The notes beneath the pieces are model-generated. The model was not told where the DNA came from and did no database searches. It saw only the letters and a program-made list of their open reading frames with translations. From Octopus bimaculoides (lineage: Eukaryota), in the NCBI RefSeq assembly GCF_001194135.2, contig NC_068997.1, positions 9,718,562-9,759,773 on the forward strand: a DNA stretch of 41,212 nt, read 5' to 3'. A program made the translations under genes and the position numbers. Numbering within the stretch: the first letter of the stretch is position 1; every line of letters begins with the position of its first letter. Shown here piece by piece: positions 11,766 through 21,616 of the stretch.

Positions 11766-12145
11766 TTATTACCTCCACCTTCTCTAAGGTGGAAATATTA
11801 TTTTCAGTTGTGTTTGTTTGTTTGTTTGTCCATGGACAAAATATCTCAAGAACTGCTGGATGGATTCGGATGAAACTTTCAGGGATGTTTGGCATCGTGA
11901 CTGGCACAAACTGATTAGATTTTGGGATCAATCTGGTACCGGACAAGGATTCTGGATTATTTTTCCATTTTTTTTTTACTTAATTTTTTAAGAGCAGTTG
12001 GGTTCATTTTTAGTATTCTTGTTTGTGAGAGCAGTCAAGTTTATTTCAGTTATTCTCATTTTAAAAATCATTTCTTGTTAATCATTGAGAGGATGTTGGT
12101 GTTACTTTGGCAAAGGTTTGCACTCCCTGAGTGCTCTTGTTATTA
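11766..12145 (+). mobile_element. Helentron-associated non-autonomous element (HINE/DINE-1-like), copy 1
   Basis: 5' hairpin TCCACCTT-CTCT-AAGGTGGA, (GTTT)n tract, AT-rich core, 3' stem-loop GCACTC-CCT-GAGTGC (12120-12134), T-rich flanks. Two further copies lie at 19150 and 25014. Confidence 0.65.
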
Positions 12146-12169
12146 TTATTATTATCGTTATTCAAAGCA

Positions 12170-12385
12170 GTGAGCTGGCAGAATTGTTAGCACACTGGGT
12201 GAAATGCTTAATGGTATTTCACCTGTTGCCACATTCTAAGTTCAAATTCTACCGAGGTCAACTTTGCCTTTCATCCTTAAATACCAGTGAAACACCAGTG
12301 AAACACCAGTGAAACACTGGGGTCAATGTCATTGACTAGAGCCCTCCCTACAAAAATCAGGCCTTGTACTTATAGTAGAAATTAT
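12170..12385 (+). mobile_element. SINE family D with an internal 11-bp triplication (ACCAGTGAAAC x3)
   Basis: GAGCTGGCAGAATTGTTAGC...AAGTTCAAATTCTACCGAGGTCAACTTTGCCTTTCATCC; triplication at 12283-12315. Confidence 0.85.
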
Positions 12386-12424
12386 TATTATTATCATTAT
12401 TATTATTATTATTATATATGTATG

Positions 12425-12655
12425 TGTGTGTGTCTTTTTGCCTGTGTTTGTCTCCCCAACACTACCACTTGACAACCAGTGTCGGTGTGATTACATCCCC
12501 ATAACTTAGTGGTTCACCAAAACAGAATGATAGAATAGGTACTATGTTTAAAAAAATAAAAAAATAAGTACTGGGTCGATTCATTTTTTTACTAAGAAAA
12601 TTCTTCAAGCTGATGCTACAGCATGGCCGCAGTTAAATGACTAAAACAAATAAAA
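12425..12655 (+). mobile_element. SINE family A, 3' half
   Basis: GTTTGTCTCCCCAACAC...TTGACAACC...CAGCATGGCCGCAGTTAAATGACTAAAACAAATAAAA. Confidence 0.8.
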
Positions 12656-13215
12656 AATTTTAAAAAATATTCTCTGATCCAGATTTCTAACTCTTAGTCT
12701 TTTGTCAGCTTCTTGGGAAATTCCAGATTTGGTATATCCTCTTAAAGTGGAGAATTCTTCTTCTGTCTAAACTTTTGATTCTTTGACTGAACCAAAAAGA
12801 AGAAAATAGGAAAAGGTAGCGACATTTAAATATTTAAATGATTGCTGCTGTCTTTCTAATCAAAAGTTTCCATTTTTTTTTGGTATTTTTAAATATTTCA
12901 ATCATGACAATATTTTCCTTGAAAATCTGTGAAATTTTATCTTTCGAAACTTTTCAATGTGTTTTTTTTTTTTTGTTTTTGTTTTTTAAAAATGTTTTTG
13001 ATATTTTTATTATTTTTGGAAATTTTTTATTGACTGTCACTGTTTTCAAGTAGACAAAAATGATTGACAATGAATTAAAGTGAGTCATTTCTCATTGTTA
13101 ATGTGTGTGTGTGTGTGTTATGTACATACATATACATAAATATACATATATATTTATATATATATGATGATATGTATATATGAATGTGTATGTATATGTA
13201 TGTGCATGTATGTAC

Positions 13216-13265
<50 letters not shown>

Positions 13266-13277
13266 ATACATGTAGGA

Positions 13278-13315
<38 letters not shown>

Positions 13316-13320
13316 GCATC

Positions 13321-13730
13321 GGAGTGGGTATGTGGTAAGTAGCTTGCTTACCAACCACATGGTTCCGGGTTCAGTCCCACTGTGTAGCACCTTGGGCAAG
13401 TGTCTTCTACTAAAAACCTTGAGCCAACCAAAGCCTTGTGAATGGATTTGATAGACGGAAACTGAAAGAAGCCTGTCGTATATATGTATATATATATATA
13501 TGTTTGTGTGTGTGTGTGTTTGTGTGTCTGTGTTTGTCCCCCAACATCGCTTGACAACCGATGCTGGTGTGATTACATCCCCGTAACTTAACGGTTTGGC
13601 AAAAGAGACCGATAGAATAAGTACTGGGCTCACAAAGAATAAGTCCTGGGGTCGATTTGCTCGACTAAAAAAGGCGGTGCTCCAGCATGGCCGCAATCAA
13701 ATGACTGAAACAAGTAAAAGAATAAAAGAG
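13321..13730 (+). mobile_element. SINE family A, full length
   Basis: Head GGAGTGGGTATGTGGTAAG...GGGTTCAGTCCC, internal (TA)/(TG) microsatellite, tail GAAACAAGTAAAAGAATAAAAGAG. Confidence 0.92.
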
Positions 13731-13800
13731 TATGTATATATGTGTATGTTTGCCTATGAGTCTATATGTTTGTATACGTATGTAATCTGTTCTGCCTGTA

Positions 13801-13878
13801 TGATTGTCATAAATCTATACATATATATATATGATTGTCATAAATCTATACATATATATATATGATTGTCATAAATCT

Positions 13879-13890
<12 letters not shown>
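13801..13890. repeat. 31-bp tandem repeat, three copies
   Basis: TGATTGTCATAAATCTATACATATATATATA starts at 13801, 13832 and 13863. Confidence 0.92.
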
Positions 13891-13914
<24 letters not shown>

Positions 13915-14531
13915 TCTATTTCATATATTGAGTGCTCCCTTTTTCATTGACTATGAACTACATCCAATCACACACACACACATACACACACACACACACA
14001 CACTCGTGCATAAATAATACAAAGAAAGACAGAAACGTTGTAAGCAATAGCAGTCGTCTTCTTCATCAGTTAAGTCAGAAACACTACTTGGAAACTACTT
14101 TGTGTAGATACCCTTTCCAATCATAACTTCTATTTATTTACTGGTATTGGAGATGTTTCTTGTTTTCCTCCTCATATTTTCTTGTATTTTATTTGAAAAA
14201 TTGATTAACTAACTATATTTGTAGCAAACTGCATATATCTAGGAACCAATTTCTTTTTCATGTGCCATAAAAAGGAAATTGATCGAACATAATTAAAACA
14301 TTGCAATTTTGAATCAAACTCTACATGTCTAAATTATATCTGAAATACAGGCGAAAAATCCAGATTATTAGTATTGCTATTATTATTATTATTATTATTC
14401 TTATTATTTTTAATATATTTATTTGTCTACTTTTTTCTTTGCAATTGAAAAAGACAATTATTTTGAAAAAATAAGTAAGAAGAATTACATATATCAAATG
14501 CTAAAAGGTTGAATTTCCATTATGAATAAGA

Positions 14532-14562
<31 letters not shown>

Positions 14563-15119
14563 TTTTTTTATTTTGGTCTTCTCCAATTTGCATTGAATCA
14601 TGTGCCTGTGTATGTATATCCATGTGTGTGTTTTTTTTTTCTGTTTCATGAAAGCATTAATCTATTAAGTTTCTATAATGAAAGTTCAATATAAAACAAA
14701 TAAGAAAATTACATTTATGAAAATAGTACAAAAAAAAAAAAAGNNNNNNNNNNNNNNNNNNNNNNNNNNNNNNNNNNNNNNNNNNNNNNNNNNNNNNNNN
14801 NNNNNNNNNNNNNNNNNNNNNNNNNNNNNNNNNNNNNNNNNNNNNNNNNNNNNNNNNNNNNNNNNNNNNNNNNNNNNNNNNNNNNNNNNNNNNNNNNNNN
14901 NNNNNNNNNNNNNNNNNNNNNNNNNNNNNNNNNNNNNNNNNNNNNNNNNNNNNNNNNNNNNNNNNNNNNNNNNNNNNNNNNNNNNNNNNNNNNNNNNNNN
15001 NNNNNNNNNNNNNNNNNNNNNNNNNNNNNNNNNNNNNNNNNNNNNNNNNNNNNNNNNNNNNNNNNNNNNNNNNNNNNNNNNNNNNNNNNNNNNNNNNNNN
15101 NNNNNNNNNTATATATATA

Positions 15120-15162
<43 letters not shown>

Positions 15163-15199
15163 TTATTTAGCTCTCTCTCTCTCTCTCTCTCTCTAGAAC

Positions 15200-15910
15200 A
15201 TATCCCACTCCTTCCCTTCTTACACAGCACCCTGACTCTCTGCCTCTCCAGTGTGCCATCTACTAACTAATTCTACTTCTTCTAATCTGGCCCTGACATC
15301 TCTGGTTTCTTCCCTCTCCCATTTCTTCCTTCCATTAAGTATGTCTACAACCTATGCAGCCTCCTCATCCACAGCTCTTTCTTTGTCACACCCTGTCCTC
15401 CACCTGGATCTCCAACACACCAGAACCAACCACTCCACTTACCACATTAAGGGCACTTTCTGGTACCCCTCATATAGACACTCCAATGTCTCCACAGCAT
15501 GTCTGTCTATATTGGGCAAACTGGCTGCAGTTGTCTAACAACTTCGTAGAGCACTCGAGAGACCTACATTGATATCTTGATTTTTTCTACCCCACTGATC
15601 ACTCCATGAAATATTTCTCGGTCCTTAGCTTGGCCTCCAGCATGGGATCCTCAACTACTTGCTTCCAGAAAGGACTGGAGCTCATCTTTTTTGTCAAAAC
15701 TTACATGTCTTTTGGCCCAGATTTATCCCTTCACTTTTCCTTACTTGTACTTCCCTCACCTACTTTAGAATTACACACAGCATTCCCTGCTTCCCTCTCC
15801 TCTTCAATCCTTCTCCCCTTCATCTCCACCTATACCTCACTCTAGCACTTGCAGCTCATCATCCTTCACTACCCACATCTCACTCCTCCCCACACCACAC
15901 TCACTCGCAT
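15200..15910 (+). mobile_element. Penelope-like retroelement 3' fragment (GIY-YIG endonuclease region), decayed
   Basis: With frameshifts reads LY(I)GQTG..LSNNFVEHSRDL, then DHSMKYFSVLSL...KGLELIFFVKTY, matching PLE YIGQTGRRL..RF.EHLRDI...DHS...EQ.LIF.L.T. Confidence 0.75.
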
Positions 15911-16095
15911 CTCTGTACACACTAACACAGCTTTTATATGCATGTGTACACATCTCTCTTAGGCCACCCTCACATCTTTCACTTATATACACATACGCAC
16001 ACACATTCATACTCATTGGTTCACCTACCATATTGTGTGTGTGTGTATCAGTGAATTGAAATCGCATAATAATTGTCACTGTCATGCAAGGAGTG

Positions 16096-16286
16096 TCCTG
16101 GCTCTGAGTACAAATGTCTTGTTTTCATAAGTTTTGAATTAAAATCTTCCACCAAACCTTACTCACAATTTATGTTCCTAACACTAGCTTAATGATAACT
16201 AAGTTATTTTACTAAGTTCTTTGTTATATTTAAAATTAATTGAAAGAAACACAGAGCATCTCAACAGAAATATAGTAATGAAAGGG
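16096..16286. mobile_element. piggyBac-like MITE, inverted partial copy
   Basis: Reverse complement of 5610-5800; ends GAAAGGG|TTAA. Confidence 0.8.
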
Positions 16287-16579
16287 TTAAGCAAACATTT
16301 TGAAAAATTTTATAAAAAATCGAAGATTGTAATGAAAAGTAAAAAAGAAAGATACTACTGTTGTTGCAACGATAATATTTCATGTTGAATCAATGATCAT
16401 TCATTCATTATTCTAATAATAGCATGAGAAAGCAAAATGCTTCCAATTCTATCAGTATACAAGCGGCCATCAAAGAACATTGAGTGATTAAAGTGGCCTG
16501 CAGTGTAATTTGAGTTGGCCAGGCCTGATCTATACCGTGCTTACTTTAGCATTCTCAAGTATTTTCTGTGTGTGTGTGT

Positions 16580-16815
16580 GTGTTATATCTTTTGCTTGTT
16601 TCAGTCATTGGACTGCGGCCATCTTAGAGCATTGCTTGGAAGGGGCTTAGTCGAATAAATTGACCCCATTAATTATTGTTTCCTTTGAAGCCTGGTACTT
16701 ATTCTATCATGCCTGTTGCCAAACTGCTAATGCATGGGGACGTAAACAAACCAACACGTGTTGTCAAGCAGTGGTAGGTGACAAACACAAAGACACATGG
16801 TGGAATCAACAAAAA
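16580..16815 (-). mobile_element. SINE family A, 3' half
   Basis: CTTGTTTCAGTCATTGGACTGCGGCCATCTTAGAGCA...GTTGTCAAGC. Confidence 0.75.
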
Positions 16816-16902
16816 AAAAAAAGACAAATAAAGAAAAACTACTCCATCTGGCAAGAGATTAATATCATGTAATATACATGGGGGAAGACAGCGAACTGGT
16901 GT

Positions 16903-17150
16903 GGAGGTGCATGGCTTGGTGGTTAGGGTGTTGAACTCATGATTGTAAGATTGTGGTTTCGATTCCTTACCAGGAAACATGTTGTACTCTTGGGCAAGAC
17001 ACTTCATTTCATGTTGCTCCAGTCCACTCAACTGACAAAAATGTGCAATCTTGCGACGGACCAGGTTCCTGTCCAGATACAGAATATATATGTCATGGAA
17101 ATCGGGAAACCGGCCCCTATGAGTCGGTATGACTCGAGGAGATAACTTTA
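16903..17150 (+). mobile_element. tRNA-headed SINE family C with 3' stem-loop
   Basis: Head GGAGGTGCATGGCTTGGTGGTTAGGG...GGTTTCGATTCC, body TTGGGCAAGACACTTCATTTCATGTTGCTCCAGTCCAC, tail GAGTC-GGTAT-GACTC. Confidence 0.75.
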
Positions 17151-17164
17151 TCTTTACTTTTTTT

Positions 17165-17380
17165 CAGCAAACTGGCAGAATCATTAGCATGCTGAAAAAA
17201 ATGCTTAGCAGTATTTTCTCCATCTTTACATTCTGAGTTCAAATCCCACTGAAGTCAACTTTACCTTTCATCTTTTTGGGGGTCAATAAAATAAATACTA
17301 GTTGAACACTAGGGTCGATATAATCAATTTACCCTGCTCCCTTGAAATTGCTGGCCTTGTATCGACATTTGAAACCAATA
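17165..17380 (+). mobile_element. SINE family D
   Basis: CTGGCAGAATCATTAGC...CTGAGTTCAAATCCCACTGAAGTCAACTTTACCTTTCATC. Confidence 0.8.
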
Positions 17381-17384
17381 TATA

Positions 17385-17829
17385 CAGGCTTTAAAATTCA
17401 GTTACTCTGAGTTTCATGTTTATGGTAGTACTATAGTCAGACAAGTTTGTACAGTAATTCCTTGACTATTGCGAGTATTATGTTCCAAAACCTCTCACAG
17501 AAATAATTAGAATCTAAAAAGAATATAAATACCTATCAGCCACAGAAACCCGGATATACTGAGGAGTCCACAATATAAATTTACATATATTAGCCAGAAA
17601 AAATCCACAATTTACTGAATGTGTGATAGGTGAACCACGATGTACGGAGGGCTGATAGGTGAAGTGCAGTACGGTGAGGAATTATTGGATAGCATAATAT
17701 GTACTGTTGGGATATTTGTGAGAATGAGAATCTGAACGATTGCTTGATAGAACATTGTGCTATACAAGCTTGTCAGACTATTGTACTGTCTTAAGCATGA
17801 AACTTACAGTAGCTCAGTTTTAAATCCTG
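17385..17829. mobile_element. Fold-back MITE with long TIRs, interrupted by a nested element
   Basis: Arm 17390-17451 against the reverse complement of 17763-17825 gives about 51/63 identities; termini TA|CAGG...CCTG. Confidence 0.75.
17452..17687. mobile_element. Tigger/pogo-like MITE nested in the fold-back element
   Basis: TA|CAGTAATTCCT...AGGAATTATTG termini (10/11), inserted at a TA. Confidence 0.65.
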
Positions 17830-18078
17830 TGGATATTAAATGACATACATGTGTTTGTATAGACACACACACACACAGAGGCATATGTATGTGCATGCAC
17901 ATATGCACACACGTATTTCAAGTCTATAAATGGTGTGCTGTTGTCCTTTGATGTATATAATTTCCTTATTCTACTATTTACATATATGCTGTTTATTCAC
18001 ACGTACACTTATGTGTGTATACATACGCATACCTCCCCACCCATATACTTTCACACATTCACACACATATCTTTCTAT

Positions 18079-18121
<43 letters not shown>

Positions 18122-19149
18122 TGTGTGTGTATCTGAATATGTGTGCATGCTTCTATACATACATACATACATACATACATACATACATACACACATACTT
18201 ACGCACATACATACACATACATACATTTATTTATGAAAAAGGCACAAATGGATTGATACACACACACACACACATTCATATCATCTGCCTGTTATTTTGG
18301 AGTAAGGTTTCTTTATTACCCCCCCCCCCTGCCAACACACGCAAAAAAAAATTCTGAAACTTCTGTATTACTTAATCCCATTTAATCTGGAAGCCTGCTT
18401 TTACACATACAGCTTTATGGAATTCTGTGTTTTTTTAAAGAAGCATATATTTCAGGAAGAATTTACTGAGTATATTAGGGGTGGGGAGGGGGTGTTGGGG
18501 TGTCATCATCATCATCATCATCNNNNNNNNNNNNNNNNNNNNNNNNNNNNNNNNNNNNNNNNNNNNNNNNNNNNNNNNNNNNNNNNNNNNNNNNNNNNNN
18601 NNNNNNNNNNNNNNNNNNNNNNNNNNNNNNNNNNNNNNNNNNNNNNNNNNNNNNNNNNNNNNNNNNNNNNNNNNNNNNNNNNNNNNNNNNNNNNNNNNNN
18701 NNNNNNNNNNNNNNNNNNNNNNNNNNNNNNNNNNNNNNNNNNNNNNNNNNNNNNNNNNNNNNNNNNNNNNNNNNNNNNNNNNNNNNNNNNNNNNNNNNNN
18801 NNNNNNNNNNNNNNNNNNNNNNNNNNNNNNNNNNNNNNNNNNNNNNNNNNNNNNNNNNNNNNNNNNNNNNNNNNNNNNNNNNNNNNNNNNNNNNNNNNNN
18901 NNNNNNNNNNNNNNNNNNNNNNNNNNNNNNNNNNNNNNNNNNNNNNNNNNNNNNNNNNNNNNNNNNNNNNNNNNNNNNNNNNNNNNNNNNNNNNNNNNNN
19001 NNNNNNNNNNNNNNNNNNNNNNNNNNNNNNNNNNNNNNNNNNNNNNNNNNNNNNNNNNNNACTCCAAATGTGAAGACAGGTGACCTGCCGCTAAGCATTT
19101 TGCCCAGTGTGCTAATGATTCTTCCAGTTTACAACTTTAATAATAATAA

Positions 19150-19515
19150 TAACAAGAGCATTCAGAGAGCGCAAACCTCTGCCAAAGCAACACCAATGTC
19201 CTCTCAATGATTAGCCAGAGATGCTTTTTTAAAATGAGAATATCTGGAATAAACTCAACTGCTCTCACAAACGAGAATACTAAAAATGAACCCGACCACT
19301 CTCAAAAATTAAGTAAAAAAAAACTGGAAAAATGATCCAGGATTGTTGTCTGGTACTGGATCAATCCAAAAATCTAACCAGTTCGTGCCAGTCATGATGC
19401 TAAACATCCCTGAAAATTTCATCTGAATCCATCCAGCAGTTCTTGAGATAGCTTGTCCATGGACAAACAAACTTGACTGAAAACAATGCTTCTGTTTCTG
19501 CTAAGGCAGATGTAA
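19150..19515 (-). mobile_element. Helentron-associated element, copy 2
   Basis: Reverse complement of 11766-12145 along its full length. Confidence 0.65.
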
Positions 19516-20044
19516 TGGTAACATATAATTCTTTCTTTATTGGCCTACAAGGACTGCAAAAAAATTTAGGACAAATCAAAGAGAAAAGCCATTTGGGGTT
19601 TACATAGAAATGCGTCAACAGTAAAACATCAATTTGCAAAAAATCTTAGCAAACAAAATCCCCCAATGGGTTAAACGTCAGTCAAGGCCAACCAAAGAAC
19701 TCAATAGACCCCGGACCACTGGAAGTAGCATTGCAACTGCTCCTCTCTCTCTCTCTTTCCTCTGAATTCCTCAGCTTAAAGGGTGCCAGCTTAGAGTAGA
19801 TCCACTCACAGGAACCATCCTCACCACAATCGCCCACCTTTCAGCAAGTCTACTGGGGAGGCATCGGCATATCTCTCTCAACTTTCTCCTTCCATTTCAA
19901 ATGAAATTTAAAAAGGTCCAGAGCCACAAAATTTTGTGGGTGGGGGTGGAAAGTCAATTTGATCAGTTATAGAATTTCATTGATTGTTATCTCTCCCTCA
20001 AAAGGACGAAAGGCAAAGTCAACCCAGCTAGGATTTGAGCCTGT

Positions 20045-20630
20045 TTTCTGTTCAAATTAGTTTTCCTTTTCTTTCTTTCTTTCTTTCTTTTCCGTTATCT
20101 CTTTCTGCCTTTTTTTTTACTTTGCTTGTTTCTGCCTTATTTCTCTCTCCTTTTTTCCTTTTGTCATTTTTCCCTCTTTTCTCCCTTTCTCTGTTCTTTC
20201 TTTCTTTCTTTCTTTCTTTTCCATTCCTTCCTCCTTCTTTTGTCTGTTGGTTCCATCCATTCAACCATGTTTCTGCATTGTAAGTAAATGCATCTCTCCT
20301 AACATTTATTGCTGTCTCAACAATCCCTCGTCATCACAGTCATAATCCTCCTCCTCCTTGCCGTCGTCATCGTCATCATCATCACTATTGTTGTTACCAC
20401 CACCTTCTTCTTCTTCTTCTTCTTCTTCACCATCATCCTTTCCTCCTCCTTGCCAGCTTCTCCTCCTCATCATCCTTCACCCCCATCTCCCCCCCCCCCG
20501 TCAATATTTCTGTTATTGTTATTATTATCTCTGCTGCAAAATACCACTGCATTAGTAAAACCGTCCTCCTCATCATCACCCCCTCCTCCTACCTACCTAC
20601 CTACCATCATCATCATCATCATTTTAATTA
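20045..20630. repeat. Polypyrimidine (TTTC/CTT) and (CAT/CCT) low-complexity tract
   Basis: Visible simple-sequence composition. Confidence 0.9.
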
Positions 20631-21032
20631 TCGCTCTATGCACGCATGAATTATACAAACTTGATCACTAATCTGAAAGTATACAATTAAGTAGTACCAT
20701 ATTTGCACATAATCCCCACCCCGTCCATCCATCTTTTTTTTTTTTTTTTTTTTTTTTTTTGCCTGTGTTTGTATCTACTTCAGATTTTACTGTTTTGCTA
20801 AAATTTTCACCATTTGAATTAATCATGTAACTGGGATCATGCCCCTCATACATGATTAATCCATGTGTTTCGGAACACAAACATTTACTGATTTCATTAT
20901 TCCGAATGATAATGCATGTAGATGTCGTAAACATTTTTGCAATTCTGAATCTGTTTCTTCTTCACTAAATATGCACTACAAGAAAGCCCTGAAACTAAAT
21001 CCACAAAGCTAATTAATTTATTTATTCATTTA

Positions 21033-21082
<50 letters not shown>

Positions 21083-21210
21083 GTGTGGTATGTTGGCAGA
21101 ATCGTTAGTATTAGACACAAACTGTTCAGCAGCATTTCTTCTGAATCATTACATTTGAAGTTCAAATTCCAAGATTGACTTTGCCTTTCATCCTTTTGAA
21201 GCTTGTACTA

Positions 21211-21388
21211 CAGTTCTATATTTGAGAGATGAGGAATTATGTACATTATTTACATTATTTACATTTGACGGATATTTGTCATCTTGTCTGTTGTTAACCA
21301 CTACGCCATATGCCCACAGGCATATGGCATAGTGGTTAAGAGTGTGAGCTACTTACCCCAAGATTTCAAGTTTGATTCCAGGCAGTGA

Positions 21389-21429
<41 letters not shown>

Positions 21430-21616
21430 TTAATAATAATGATGATAGTAATAATAATAACATCGGAAAAATACCTTAGGAATGAGAACCCTGGTTTGAA
21501 ATTTCTCCAGGACGTCTAATGAATGCTGGAGAGTACATCAGCTGAAATGTTATGCTAACAACAAACAAGATGAGACAGTTCTATACATAATTCCTCATCT
21601 CTTAAATATAGAACTG
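21211..21616 (+). mobile_element. Fold-back element: inverted arms enclosing a tRNA-like head, (AAT)n and a decayed hammerhead-like motif
   Basis: Outer arms 32/33 identical over the terminal 33 bp; central 21-bp hairpin 21294-21339; A-box TGGCATAGTGG and B-box GTTTGATTCC; CTAATGA-stem-GAAATGTT at 21516-21551. Confidence 0.75.

Noticed and set aside
12665-12815. Strong minus-strand polypyrimidine tract and TTCAG acceptor near 12787
   Set aside because: All three frames stop before any usable donor; unsupported as a coding exon.
20805-20825. CACCATTTGAA resembling miR-29
   Set aside because: The seed differs (TTCACCA versus AGCACCA) and the 3' part diverges; not miR-29.
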